From contig OX597819.1 in the NCBI GenBank assembly GCA_951406725.2, forward strand, positions 51,832,001 through 51,896,000: 64,000 nt of DNA, in the 5' to 3' direction. This document shows, piece by piece, positions 44,257 to 61,409 of the stretch. The notes under the pieces were generated by a model that made no database searches, was not told the DNA's origin, and saw only the letters and a list, made by a program, of their open reading frames with translations. The position numbers were made by a program, and so were the translations under genes. The number at the start of each line of letters is the position of its first letter. Position 1 is the first letter of the stretch. The DNA comes from Octopus vulgaris. Lineage: Eukaryota.

Positions 44257-45795
44257 GGATGACGATGATGATGATTATGATAATAACAACAACAACAGGC
44301 GCAACCACAGGCAACCATATCAACAATAACAATGAAACTAATATTAGATCAGATAAGAATGAATGGCAAAGGAGAAGAAGAAGAAGAAGAAGAAGAAGAA
44401 GAAGAAGAAGAAGAAGAAGAAGAAGAAGAAGAAGAAGAAGAAGAAGAAGAAGAGATCAATGGAGGGAAAAGTCTCGCTTTCACGGTTGACTGACGAAAAC
44501 TCATTGACTGAGTCCGATAGACTTGACTGGAAGTGCATTGTGAGAAAATTATCATCGACTTTATATTTCGTTTTTATCGCTTAGAAATTTATAATGACCA
44601 TCGGCATCATCATCATCATCATCGTCGTCATCGTCATCATCGTTGTTGTCGTCATCTCATCCTGGTCGTCGTGTCGGCGTCGCCGCCATTAGCAATGCGA
44701 CCACCACCGCCATCAGCATCGTCATCATCATTATCGTGGTGGTGGTGGTGGTCGTCGTCGTCATCGTCGTCATCATCATCGTTATCACAATTGCCGCCGT
44801 CGTCGCCACCATCGCTGTCGCCAACGTCATGTTTGTCGTCGTGACATCACCACCACTATCATCATAGTCGTCATCATCATCATCATCATTGCCATTACAA
44901 CTGACACCATGGACAAAGTTATCGTCGCCATTACCAAGGTCATCACCACCACCACCGCCGCCATCTCCACCACCACTACCACCACCACCACCACCACCAC
45001 CATCATTATCATTGCCATTACAACTGACACCATGGACAATGTTATCACCGCCGTTACCAAGGTCATCACCACCACAGCCATCACCACCACCGATAGCAGA
45101 AGAAACAGCAACATCAGCAGCAGTTGTAGCAAGAGCAACACCAATAGCAGCAGCAGAAGCCGCAGCAGCAGCAGCACCGGTAGCAGCGCTACCATTTTAA
45201 ACCTCGTCGTAATAGATGTTATACTGTTTTCTTGCTTCTTGATCGCTATATTTTTTTCTGAGTCTTTTTTTTTTTGTATATATATTTATCGTTTTATATA
45301 TTTATATATATTTATCGTATTTTATTTATCTTCATCATTTGATATTACACATCAACGACATATCACGCACCAGGATTTTTGCTGACTCATGTATTCTCAT
45401 GCATACATAGATGTACATTCGCGTATGTAGAATATTGCACACACCGTACTGACATAAATACGTATACGTACACCATACATACATAAAAGTATAGATACGC
45501 TGTACAAAGACACGCACATACATATACAGATACGCACACACATATACATATATATATATATAAATATATCAATATATAAATATACGCACACATGTGTATT
45601 ATTACATGTGCGTGTGTGGTGGTATTTGTGCGTGTGTGTGTGTGAGTGTGTGTGTGTGTGTGTGTGAGTGTGTGTGTGTGTGTGCGTAAGTGTGTGGGTG
45701 TGTGGGTGGGTGAATATATGATGGACTTCAAAAAATGAATATGAATAAAAAACCAAATGAAGTATGCCGAAAAATACTCACATTTTTGTATCCGT

Positions 45796-45838
<43 letters not shown>

Positions 45839-46303
45839 GGATCACACACGTACATTCACGCGCACAAATCCACATATGTGTATGTGTGTGTATTATATAT
45901 GTACATAGCAATGTGTGTATGTATGCATGCACGTATGTATGTATACATGCATGTATGTATGTATGTATGTATGTATGTATGCATGTATGTATGTGTGTAT
46001 GTATGTATGTATGTATGTATGTATACATGTATGTATGTATGTATGCACGTATGTATGTATGTATGTGTGTATGTATGCATGCATGTATGTATGTATGTAT
46101 GTATGTATGTATGTATGTATGTATGTATGCATGTATGTATGTATGTATGTATGCAGGCGTACATCTATGTGTGTACACCTAGCTAGCTATCTATACATTT
46201 TTTCTATATGCATATATATGCACAAATATATTCATGTGTGTGCATGACTTATCGAAATGTACATAAGAGAGAATGAGAGTAAGAGCGACAGAGACAGAGA
46301 CAA

Positions 46304-46334
<31 letters not shown>

Positions 46335-46582
46335 CATGGATAGAAACAGGCAGAGAGAAAGACAGAGAAAGAGAAGAGAGAGAGACAGAGAGCGTAGAGC
46401 TACAACGAGGTTTTATAGCTGGTTGAAGACGTGTAAAACGCCCCCAGAGACCGATTTAAAGAAAGAATTTAAAAGTGACAGGGTTGCTTTGTTAACGGTG
46501 ATCGTTGGAAACACATGAAAGATAATAATAACCAGAGGTAAAGTAACCTTTAAATACGGTCAGAATCATCATAAAGTATGAC

Positions 46583-46652
<70 letters not shown>

Positions 46653-46681
46653 TTAATAATGATGATGATAATAATAATAAC

Positions 46682-46806
<125 letters not shown>

Positions 46807-47212
46807 TAAATCTCAATTTCTAATGTGAAGATATTGAGGTTAGGATCCATTGAAGGGCGTAGCATCTTATATATAAAAGCATCGGTAAAAATATGTTTTG
46901 TACGTTTATATGTTTGTGAAGATGGCGGAGATTTTTTGGGGTTTATTTGTTTTTTTGTTTTTTTTGTTTTTTGTTATGAAAGAGAAGAATGCCGTCGAGG
47001 AACACGTGACATGCATTTGAACTATGGCTGCCAGAAGGAGCATTCTAGATTGAAAGTGAAAGGATGAAAGGTTGCTGGAGTTGTGTGTGTGTGTGTGTGT
47101 GCGTGAGTGTGTGTATGTATGTATTTATATGTATATGTATATATATACACATATATATATATATATATATATGTATGAATATGTATTTACACACATACAT
47201 GCATACATACAA

Positions 47213-47253
<41 letters not shown>

Positions 47254-47385
47254 CATACATAGACAGTCCTCTGACTTGAGTAACCTTTGCCCACAGGCAC
47301 ACACATATGCATATACGTAAATGTATATAGATATACACATATATGCATGCTTATTTATATGAGTGCATGTATAAATATGTGCGTG

Positions 47386-47438
<53 letters not shown>

Positions 47439-47716
47439 GTGTTTATTATATATATATATATATATATATATTTATAGTATATGTATTTTGTATGCATGCA
47501 TTTATGTAAATACACTCACACATATATAAACATATCGAGACGAAAGTTGAAGAAAGCGATTGGTCAGTAGTAGCCATATGTAGAATCTTCCTCTCAACCG
47601 GCACACGCACACACACACATATAGACACAAACACACACGCACATACGCACACATATGTATGAATTTGATCAACTTTCGAAACTGCGCAAAATATCTAATA
47701 TGAAAACAAACGTGTT

Positions 47717-49904
<2,188 letters not shown>

Positions 49905-49939
49905 TATATTTATATATATATATTTTTATTCTTTCATTC

Positions 49940-50290
49940 TTTTACACGTTTCAGTCTTTTAACTGCGGCCATGCTGGAGCACCGCCTTTAATCGAACAAA
50001 TCACCCCCAGGACTTATTCTTTGTAAGCCTAGTTCTTATTCTATCGGTCACTTTTGCCGAACTGCTAAGTTACACTAACATCGGTTGTCAGACGCTGGTG
50101 AGGGGGACAAACACACACACACACACACACATATACGATGGGTTTCTTTCAGTTTCTATCTACCAAATCCACTCACAAGACTTTGGTCTGCCCGAGGCTA
50201 TAGCAGAATACACTAGGCCAAGGTGCCACGCAGTAGAACTGAACCTGGAACCATGTGGTTGGAAATTAAGCTTCTTACCACACAGCCACA
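49940..50290 (-). mobile_element. SINE family B between the two Tc1 elements
   Basis: Tail TTTCAGTCTTTTAACTGCGGCCATGC through head CTTACCACACAGCCAC. Confidence 0.88.
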
Positions 50291-50301
50291 TACTGTATAT
50301 A

Positions 50302-51800
50302 CAGTAGCGGCCATTATATAATCGTCAGTAAGAACAAGTGTATTGAAATATTTATTATAGATTAAGAACAGGTTGAGACTAGATATTTTACACATATTTA
50401 GATATTTTACCCATATCTATCTTTTATATGAGGAAATAAACAATCTTTCAAGTTGCAGTAGCCAAAATTTAAAGGGCATTAGAAAAAAAAAATGAACTAC
50501 TAACCGAGATATTTGTTGTTTAGAAGACTGTTAATGGGCTAACAGTTACTTCTTATGGTCTTGCATTATTGGAACATTCAACTGCCAACATGTTCTGTGA
50601 TGAAAAACAAAGGATTGTGTGCTTTCACCAAGAGAACAGGTCAAATTCTGTGATAGCACCTACTGTAGAAAAGTCTAGAAGTGTTGTGCAACGAATTGTA
50701 TCTCGTTTCAAGTCGTCAGGATCGACATATACTAAACCCCAAACCGGTAGACCTGGTAAGACTTCATCAAGGCAGGATCGTATTATGTTTAGAATGTCAA
50801 TGAAGCATAGATTTAAGAGTGCTGCTAAGATTATCCTGCGAGTTAGCTCCACTTCCGATGTCAACGAATCGCGCAAAACAGTTTCTCCGAGGTTACGAGG
50901 TTCTGAGTTGCTTGCTCGGGCGCTGGCAAAGAAACCTCTGATCACCAAAAAGAATCAAATATCCCGTCTTCGTTTCGCTCTCGAACATGTATGGACAGAA
51001 GAACAGTGGTCGCAGGTTCATTTTAGCGATGAATCGAATTTTAATTTGATTAGTTTCGATGGCGTGATTTACGTCCAACGAAGTGACGAAAGGTTATCTC
51101 GTGCATGTGTGAAAAAGACAGTGAAATATGGAAGAAGCAGTGTAATGGTATGGGGAATGATCTCTGCTGCTGGTCCTGGTCCATTTATTGCCTACAAGGG
51201 ACTGTCAATGCTGAAATCTAGAAGTAGTTTCTTAGACCAAATGCCGCTCCACATCTCCGATCCTCGTCAGTTCAACCTCCTATCTTCGTGCAGGACAACG
51301 CTCCCTGTCACACTGCCAAGAGAGACAAAGATTGTTTGAGTGATGAAGGGGTTGATCTCATGGGCTGGCCACCTCAAAGTCTCGATCTCAACCCTAAAGA
51401 AAACGTTTGGAAGATTATTGGAGATGAGGCACAAAGGAGAAATCTAGAGAACCAAGATGAACTCTGGGAATTATTGAGCAACAAATGGAACAATATTACT
51501 CCAGCATTTTGCAAGAAATTAATTCAGTCCTGTGGTAACAGATGTCAGGAGGTCATTGATAGTAAAGAGAAGGTCAGAAAGTATTAATAGTAAGGGTTTC
51601 TTTTTTGCTCTTGTTCCATTTTCCTGGTTTTTTCTAAGAGACTCTTAACTTTTGGTCGTTGAAGTTTGCAAGATTATTTGTTTATTTCCTCATAACTTAC
51701 AAAATATTCATTCCATTCACTTGAAATTTTCACGGAAGATAGATATTAGATATATCTAAATATGTGTAAGATATCTAGTCTCAACGTTTTGTTAATCTTT
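50302..51800 (+). mobile_element. Second Tc1 family element, right TIR truncated by a MITE
   Basis: TA-CAGTAGCGGCCA left end; GTTGAGACTAGATATTTTACACATATTTAGATAT is mirrored at ~51750-51786; the outer part of the right TIR is missing. Confidence 0.88.
50569..51587 (+). pseudogene. Tc1 DD34E transposase, frameshifted
   Basis: ORFs 50569-51339 (GRPGK, FSDESNF, VMVWG) and 51288-51587 (QDNAPCH-(34)-PKENVW). Confidence 0.92.
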
Positions 51801-51802
51801 TA

Positions 51803-52128
51803 CCGTATTTGATGGCCTATAAGACACACCTGGTATTTTTTACCCGAAAATTGCGCCCAATTCACTCAATGTAGCCTCAAAAGTCGCCTAGGATATGTGT
51901 GATTTCAAAATGTTGGCTGCCATCGATTAGTGAGCATCTATTAATGAACAATCGTCTACGGTATGCTTATACCGAATGTTGATGCAATAAATTGCTTATA
52001 ATTACCGGTAATAAAACGTTATTATGAATAGGTTATTATGAATTATTTTAACGGTAATTTATTTTATAAAAGTATAGCCTAGGCTAGGGCACGTCATATG
52101 CACTCGTGAGTCTTATAGGCCATCAAAT

Positions 52129-52132
<4 letters not shown>
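51803..52132. mobile_element. 330-bp MITE with Tc2/pogo-like TIRs
   Basis: TA-CCGTATTTGATGGCCTATAAGAC ... GTCTTATAGGCCATCAAATAC(AA)-TA. Confidence 0.85.
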
Positions 52133-52187
<55 letters not shown>

Positions 52188-52192
<5 letters not shown>

Positions 52193-52490
52193 CCAGTGGT
52201 TAGGACAGCAGACTCACGGTTGTGGGATTGCGGTTTCGAATCCCAGACCGAGCGTTGTGAGTGTTTATTGAGCGAAAACACCTAAAGCACCACGAGGCTC
52301 CGGCGTGGGGTGGTGGCGATCCCTGCTGTACACTTTCGCCACAACTTTCTCTCTCTTTCTTCTGTTGGCCTGCTCGCTTAGCCAGCGGGGTGGTGTCATT
52401 TGAAGGTTAAAACAATGCGAAGCGCATTGTTACCAGCGATGTGTAACAACACCTCATAGCGTGGTCGATCACGGTCACAGTGATATATAT
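52188..52490 (+). mobile_element. tRNA-derived SINE family D
   Basis: A box TGGCCCAGTGG, B box GTTTCGAATCC, unique body, (AT)n tail; single copy in this window. Confidence 0.7.
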
Positions 52491-52551
52491 ATGACCTTGA
52501 CTGAGACAAGTAAAACAGATATAGCTATCTTTCTGTTGTATTGGTGGTATA

Positions 52552-52760
52552 TTCTTTTATTTGTTTCAGTCATTTGATTGCGACCATGCTGGAGCACCAC
52601 CTTTAGTCGAGCAAATCGACCCCAGGACTTATTCATTGTAAGCCTAGTACTTATTCTATCGGTCACTCAGGCTGAACCGCTAAGTTACGGGGACGAATAC
52701 ACACCAATATCGGTTGTCAAGCGATGGTGGGGAAAACAAACACTGACATACAAACATATA
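52552..52760 (-). mobile_element. SINE B 3' half
   Basis: TTTCAGTCATTTGATTGCGACCATGCTGGAGCACC...GTTGTCAAGCGATGG. Confidence 0.85.
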
Positions 52761-53657
52761 CATATATATGGATAATTATTAATTTTTCTTCTGTTGTATA
52801 TAGCCGTAAGGCTTCGTGTTGTTATATATGCATCATTTTTTGTCAGTTGTATTTATATAATACCTTGTATATTTTTGTCTTTTTTCCAGTAGCTTAACAA
52901 TAGCACTGGCACTTCTAAAATTGAGTGGTCTTAATAGTAATGGCGCGAAACCACTTTGATATTTTGGGTCATTGACTGACGAGGAAAGTTCAGCTGCAAA
53001 TATTTTGTGTATCGTGTCTTTGTTTAACTTTCCCGTCCGTTAAATTTTTGTCTACTTGCCTGTTTGATTTGCTTTCATCTAACTTATTCTTCTTGTCTTC
53101 TTTTTATTCAACCCTTGATATATATATATATATATATGACAACGGATACTGCCTCTCTTCATAACGACCAGGTGGTGCCTGTCTCCCTGCAGGCAGCACA
53201 GGGGGTACTTCCTTTGGACTTAAATATTTAAATAAATACGTTCCCTAGTTGTAAGCACTATCAGCAGTGAATTATTCACTGCAGCCCTTCGCTTCAGCAG
53301 TCTCTCAGCGCGCCAGAGCCAAGACATTTGAAATTTTATTCCAGATGTAATCAGTAAGACTAAGCACGTGTCTGTCTTGACACAGAGAGCTGGGGTTAGT
53401 CTTGCGGTTTGCATCACGAGGACCGAATGTACTGAAGAAGTCACGGACACTTGAATTATGCAAGTAATTCTTTTGTTAAGACCGAAACCGAGGTATGCAT
53501 TTAAGTCTGTATTTATTTAATTTTTCATATGTCCTGCCCGCCAAAGTTGGTTCTGGTGTTCGCTGAATTCTTCCTCTAGAGAATTTCCCTTGTAGTTTGA
53601 TCGTTGATGATCTTCTTCTAGTATTCTGGCCGGCTACCTAGCAGGCCAGCCCTGCCA

Positions 53658-53737
<80 letters not shown>

Positions 53738-53774
53738 ATCACATGTAATTTATTCCTTATTAAATGGAATAAGA

Positions 53775-54031
53775 TAGTGGTGAGCAGGCAGAATCGTTAG
53801 CACGCCGGGCGAAATTTTTAGCGGTATTTCGTCCGCCGCAATGTTCTGAGTTCAAATTCCACCGAGGTCGACTTTGCCTTTCATCCTTTCGGGGTCGATA
53901 AAATAAGTACCAGCTGAATACTAGGATCGATGTAATCGACATAACCCCTTCCCCCAAAAATTGCTGACCTTGTGGCAAAATTTGAAAACCATCATGATTA
54001 TTATGATTATTATTATTATTATTATTATTAT

Positions 54032-54092
<61 letters not shown>

Positions 54093-54328
54093 TGTAGTAG
54101 TAGTAGTAGTAGTATCATTTAAGGCAGAATCGTTAGCAAGCCGGGCAAAATGCTTAGCAGCATTTCGTCCGTCATTAAGTTTTAAGTTCAAACTCCGGCG
54201 AGGTCGACTTTGCCTTTCATCCTTTCGGGGATCGATAAATTAGGTACCAGTGAAACACTGAGGTCGATGTAATCGACTGTTCTCCACCACGACCAAATTT
54301 CGGGACTTGTGCCGTTAGTAGAAAGGAT
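53775..54328 (+). mobile_element. Two tandem SINE A copies separated by (ATT)n(AGT)n
   Basis: ~53775-53990 and ~54121-54328, with different tails. Confidence 0.88.
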
Positions 54329-55032
54329 TATTATCAACAGCATCAGCAGCGGTATTATATATATATTTCTTCTACATTGAGGGTCTCACTTTTTCATACT
54401 TTTCTAATATAAGTTTCGCCAATAACTTTTTCCCAACTTGTCGTTTTATTATCATATTATTATTAATTCCGTTTTTCACTCAAACACCCTCAAAAAGGAA
54501 AATATTTTTAAAAAATAGAAGAAAGCAGCCTAAATTGTAACAAACTCCTTTGATTTATTTAAAAATTTATATCAAAATCACTCAAAAACCTACGAGAGGA
54601 AAAGCATATCTGAGAAAAACAAATTCTACTTCACGGCAGAATCTGAAGGTTGATTTAACACATAGATTTTCACAGAAAATTCAAAATTGATATCCATTCT
54701 TTGAGATACAGATGCACATGCAGACATGAATACATACATGTATAAACATACATGTATATACATGTATATATAAATGTGCAGAAGCGTCCACCCATGTATA
54801 CATAGAAAAAGAAAACATGGAGCTACTCTATAATATATTACATACCTACACACGTATACGCACACACAAACACACACTCACACACACATATATATATATA
54901 CACATATGCATACTTACATACATGCATAGATATATCAATTCAATTTTTCATGTAATATTTATATATATGCACACACATGTGTTTGTGCATGTGTGTGTAC
55001 ATATACTTGTATTTGTGTGTGGTGTATATGTA

Positions 55033-55080
<48 letters not shown>

Positions 55081-55169
55081 AATATGTACACATATATATA
55101 CACACACACACACAAATATACTTACATATTTATACACATATATGTATTTATATGGATAGACAGACAGAC

Positions 55170-55328
<159 letters not shown>

Positions 55329-55446
55329 CATCAATATATATACAAAAGAAGAAACAGAGAGTGGGAGACGTAAAGAACAAAAAAGCAAAAAGAGAGAAAG
55401 TTATGAGAAATAGAGCCGAAAAGTGTGAGAGAGGGGAGAGAGCGAG

Positions 55447-55509
<63 letters not shown>

Positions 55510-55846
55510 GGGAAAGAAGAAAAGAAGAAAAGTTGAGGGAGGGAAAGGAGCAAAACGATAGAAAGCTTTGTACAGACATCAATACCCACTCTTACATGGT
55601 TGCATTTCTATTTTGGAATACGTTTTGTGTTTGTTGCCGTTTCTTTTTCTTTTGTGTGTGAGTGTGTGTGTGTGTGTGTGTGTATGTGTGTGTGTGTGTG
55701 CGTGTGTGTGTGCGTGGGTGTGTAAATATATGTGTATATATTTTGCGTGAGAGACAGGGTCTGCGTATAAATGCAAGCGTTACATGAAATTTATACTAAA
55801 TAGCTATGCGCATGAGTACATCAATATACATGCGTTGTTTATATAT

Positions 55847-55892
<46 letters not shown>

Positions 55893-55928
55893 ATATATCT
55901 TGGGGAATGAAACATACTTGTACATACG

Positions 55929-56015
<87 letters not shown>

Positions 56016-56050
56016 GTGCTTACACACACTCGCACGAAGTTTCACACGCT

Positions 56051-56084
<34 letters not shown>

Positions 56085-56160
56085 AATATATCTATGTATG
56101 AATATGTACGTATGTATGTGTATGTGCATGTATGTGATTGTGCATGGTTGTGAGTGTGTG

Positions 56161-56211
<51 letters not shown>

Positions 56212-56350
56212 CATATTATGCACAGACATATAAACACATATATATATAACATTATATATATTATATTATATATATATATATGCATATATGTAAACAAATA
56301 CTTTGATAGCTAAATAGAAAGATAGCTAGCTAGCTAGCTAGCTAGCTAGC

Positions 56351-56429
<79 letters not shown>

Positions 56430-56625
56430 ATGCATTTGCATATGTACGAAGATATTTGAGGTGGATGGTTAGGTATGTAACGTGAAAGGTACATTGCTAT
56501 GTAAGTAAGTAGGCAAGTAGAGAGGGAAGGTCGTTAACAGAAATGTTTGTAAGTAGGCAAGTTTTAGCTGCTTGTTTTGTTTCTGTTATTTATAAAATAC
56601 ACATGTATATTTGCGTTTATGTGTT

Positions 56626-56662
<37 letters not shown>

Positions 56663-56666
56663 ATAC

Positions 56667-56715
<49 letters not shown>

Positions 56716-56971
56716 TACATATGTATATATATGTGTGTGTATGTATATATATATATATATATATATGTGTGCTAGTGGTATGCGTGAATGTTCGTATAGG
56801 TATGTAGATATATATAAATATATAATTGGGTATATTCGTCAATAGATGATATTGTACACCCATATAATGACGAATTGATACAGATTTCTATGTGTATTTA
56901 TACCCTCACCTCATACACTCACATATACATGCATACACGCACACAAATACATAGACACATTCATACATGTG

Positions 56972-57026
<55 letters not shown>

Positions 57027-57156
57027 TTTATGTATGTATATATATATACATATATATGCGCATACATATATATAAAGAGGGAGGGAGAGGTAAGAAATAC
57101 ACGAGTACATATTTGAATATATATATATATATGTATGTATATATATATATACATAC

Positions 57157-57189
<33 letters not shown>

Positions 57190-57234
57190 CATATATATAT
57201 ACATAAGTATACATATATATATATATATACATAC

Positions 57235-57277
<43 letters not shown>

Positions 57278-58029
57278 TATATACATAAGTATACATATAT
57301 ATATATATATATACATATGTATATATATATATATATATATATACATATATATACTTATATATATACATATATATACTTATATATATTTATATTTATATAT
57401 TTATATATATATAAGTACTTGTACATTTACATATACATAGATGTTTAAGCAACTAAAAACCCAACGATCGATGAGAAATCAATGCCACACTTGTGTACCG
57501 TTTCACGTTGTTACTGCCATGTCTCCGACATACTCATGTTAAAGTTAAGCTAAGCACACAAACTTCGACCGAAAATCACATCAGAGAAGTGAGTGGCTTG
57601 TATACTCAGGATGGAGGGGTAAGAGTGGAATTGCAATGTGTATATGGGAAGGAGGGTGTGGTGATGAATAATTTACTTGTGGTTGCGTTAGCGGAGGGGG
57701 GGGAAGCACAAAAGGGGACTGGTGATGGTGACAGTAGAAACATAACTAATAAATGTTTGAGGAGCCAAAGCCTGATGTTTCGAGAGAGGGGTTTAGTCGA
57801 TTTCTTCGACCTCAGTACTTGACTGATACTTGATTTTCTCGACGAAGACGGGATAGAAAAACAACATAAACCTGGGTGTAATTTGAATTCTGAATATAAA
57901 GAACCACAAGAAACACCGCCACCGCAAGGCTGGTTAATATCTCTGCTCACTCTAATGCGATGAGCCTGACAGAGTCGTAAGAATTCGGGCAAAATGCTTA
58001 GCAACATTTTATTCGTTTTTACGTTCTGA

Positions 58030-59285
58030 CTGTATCGAAAGTGTTTTGCGTAGGATGTGTGCAGTGCCCAGTAGTGCAATTTTCTGTATGTTGTATATAG
58101 TTGTAAGTCCTGGTGTTTTTGTTTGTCTGAATATTTTTTTATCATACCTAATGCGCCCAGCATGATAGAAATTGTCTCTGTTTTTAGATTCCACATTCGA
58201 GTTACCTCTATTTCCAGGTCTTTGTATTTTGAAAGTTTCTCCATTTCTTTTAGAGAAACGTTGTCATCTGTTGATGATCTCCGACAACTATATCCGGCCT
58301 AATGGCCTTAATTTCTCTATCTGTGTGTATTGGCATACCCCAGAGTATGGTTGCCTTCTCGTTTTCTGTGACCTTTCCTGGCGTGTGCTTATACCATGTT
58401 TTTTCTGTTGTTATTCCATAGCGTTGGCATGGATTCCAGTATATGTAGGTCCCAACTCTCACATGTCTGTGAATATATTCCTTCTTAGCCAGGATTGGGC
58501 AGCCAGAGATAATGTGATTTATTGTTTCTTGTCCGTCTCCATATATTCTGCAGTTACATGTTTCTTTTCATTATATGTTTTTGGTAAATTTTGGTTGGGT
58601 GGTTATGGTCTTGTGCTGCAATTAAAAATCCTTCAGTCTCTGCTTTGAATCCTGAGCTTCTCAACTATTGCTGGGATTTTTCTCTGTCTATTTCTTCTGC
58701 GTTTATTTTAGCCCAGTATTTGCCATGAAGGGGCTTTTCTTGCCATCGTTTTATCACGGTTCATTACTGTTCTAGTTATAGTTTGGATTTCATTTGTTTT
58801 ATAGCTTTTGGTGTTTCTTCTTCTTCTTCTTCTTCTTCTTCTTCTTCTTCTTCTTCTTCTTCTTCTTCTTCTTCTTCTTCTTCTTCTTCAGATTTGTTAG
58901 GTAGTGTAATTTCTTGATTAAATTTGTCAGCTTCCCTAAATACCGAAAACAGTTTTTTTTTTGTTTTGCTCGAGGTTTGTGGCTATTTGTATTAGTTTTC
59001 CTTGTTCTGAAGCGAGTATTTTTGCAGTCCTATGGTGCTTATTTTATAATAGTTTTTCAGCTGTATAAGGCCCCTGCCACCTTCTATACGTTGTATATAT
59101 AGCCTTTCTATGTCAGATTTTGTGTGGTGCCTCCAAGAACCTGCCATTATTTTTCTTGTTTTCCTGTCTATTTTGGTTAGTTTATCTAGTGTCCAGTTAA
59201 GAATATTGTTGCTGTAACTTATATCTGGGACAGCTAGAGTGTTGATACTTATTATCTTGTTTTTAGCATTGAGCTGTTTTCAGTA
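58030..59285 (-). mobile_element. R4/Dong-type (RLE) LINE fragment
   Basis: LNAKNKIISINTLAVP...KPLHGKYW...WYKHTP..V.ENEKATILW..PIHTDREIKAIRPDIVV...EKLSKYKDLEIEVTRMWNLK...LGALG...QKIALLGTAHILRKTLS; internally deleted. Confidence 0.88.
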
Positions 59286-59305
59286 TTGTTGTTGTTGTTG
59301 TTATT

Positions 59306-59376
<71 letters not shown>

Positions 59377-59419
59377 TATTATCGTTATTATTATTATTAT
59401 TATTATCATTTTTATTATT

Positions 59420-59865
59420 AAGACCATGAGCTGACAGGATAGTTTGCACACCTGGCGAAATCCTTAGCGGTATTTCGTCCGTCTGGACGTTCTGAGTTCC
59501 AATTCCACCGAGGTCAACTTTGCCTTTCATCCTTTCGGGGTCGATGTAATCGACTATTCCCACCCATCCCAAGAGTTCAGGCATTGTGCCAATAGCAGAA
59601 AAGATTATTTTTATTATCATAAAGGTGACGAGCCGGCAAAACTATTAACACGCCGGATAATAGGTTTTGCGGCATTTCGTTCATTTTTTTAACGTTCTGA
59701 ATTCAAATTCCGCTGAGGTCGACTTTGCCTTACATCCTTTCGGTGGGTGTTGATACAGTTAGTACCAGTTGGGCACTGGGATGGTTGCAATGGACTGACC
59801 CTCTCCCCACACCCTACCATCGCAAAAACAAAAATTGTCAGTACTTGTGCCTGTAGAAGAAAGGG
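59420..59865 (+). mobile_element. Two tandem SINE A copies
   Basis: ~59420-59605 and ~59621-59865. Confidence 0.82.
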
Positions 59866-60299
59866 TTATTCTTAGTCATAAATATGCTTGTGACATTTCA
59901 GTACCTCTGCCTGCTTTCCATGTTCATCTTGTTTCCTAGTTAACCTTGAACATACATCGCAACCTTGAACATTTTTCGTTAGCCATGAACATTCACGCAT
60001 CAAGAAACGAAACTCTTTATAGTAACTCTCAAACCATGACTACTAAAAGTCATTAACAATGACAACAACAACAACAACAATAATAATAATCATTGGATGA
60101 TAAGGTAAATCGATGAATGAAATTCGTGAACATGCATCTGTTCATAAATACGCACATACACACAAACACAGAGACAGACACACACACACACAGACATACA
60201 CATATTCATACACACACACATATATATGTACATATATATGTATATATATAGATACAGATATATATTCATATATACACGCACACATATATACATATATTC

Positions 60300-60362
<63 letters not shown>

Positions 60363-60447
60363 TGTATACGTAGATATGTGTATATACATACATATACATA
60401 ATATAAATTGATGGATAGTTATTCATACACACACATATACCTATATG

Positions 60448-60498
<51 letters not shown>

Positions 60499-60601
60499 AT
60501 GTATATACACACACATATACATACATACGTAGATACATACATACGTAGATACATACATACATACATACATACATACATACATACATACATACATACATAC
60601 A

Positions 60602-60632
<31 letters not shown>

Positions 60633-60862
60633 GCAGCCATTATTCTCTATCCTATACGCTTCAATGACATGATAAAGGAGTACAAATCTTTGATCTGAAA
60701 TGACGATTGTGAAAGAAAGTGAAAAACAATAACAAAATCTATAAAACTAAATATCAAAGATCTATATTTATTTTTTTTCTTTCCATAGATCATTATTTTT
60801 ATGTCTCCACTCCCACTCTCTCCTTCTCTCTCATTGTGTCTGTTTACCTCCTTTTTTTAAAA

Positions 60863-60948
<86 letters not shown>

Positions 60949-61220
60949 GCCTGCCTGTCTGTCTATCTTATCTTTGTCTCCTCTCTTCTATATATTTCCT
61001 TCTGTTTCTTTGACAAGCTCTCTCCCTCTAAGACATTGTACTCTCCTTCCTTCCCTCTTCCCTTCCCCTCTCTCCCCCTTTCTCTTTGTATGTTTATATA
61101 TATATATATATATATATGCATAAATATATACATTTAATATATGCAAAGATAGTCAACTAATGTATATATATATAAATATGCATTCAGATACACACACATA
61201 CACACACACACACACACACA

Positions 61221-61280
<60 letters not shown>

Positions 61281-61409
61281 CTGTTACTTGTGTTAATTCT
61301 GAGACGGTGGCCATACTGGAGTACCGCCTCGATGAATTTTAGTCGAATGTATCGAGCGAGCAATTAATTCTTTAAAGCTTGGCACGCGCACACAAACATA
61401 TCTCTTTTT

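Noticed and set aside
44485-44535. CTGACGA-AA-ACTCA/TGAGT-CCGATA hammerhead-like motif
   Set aside because: GAAA replaced by GATA, and no helix I or III.
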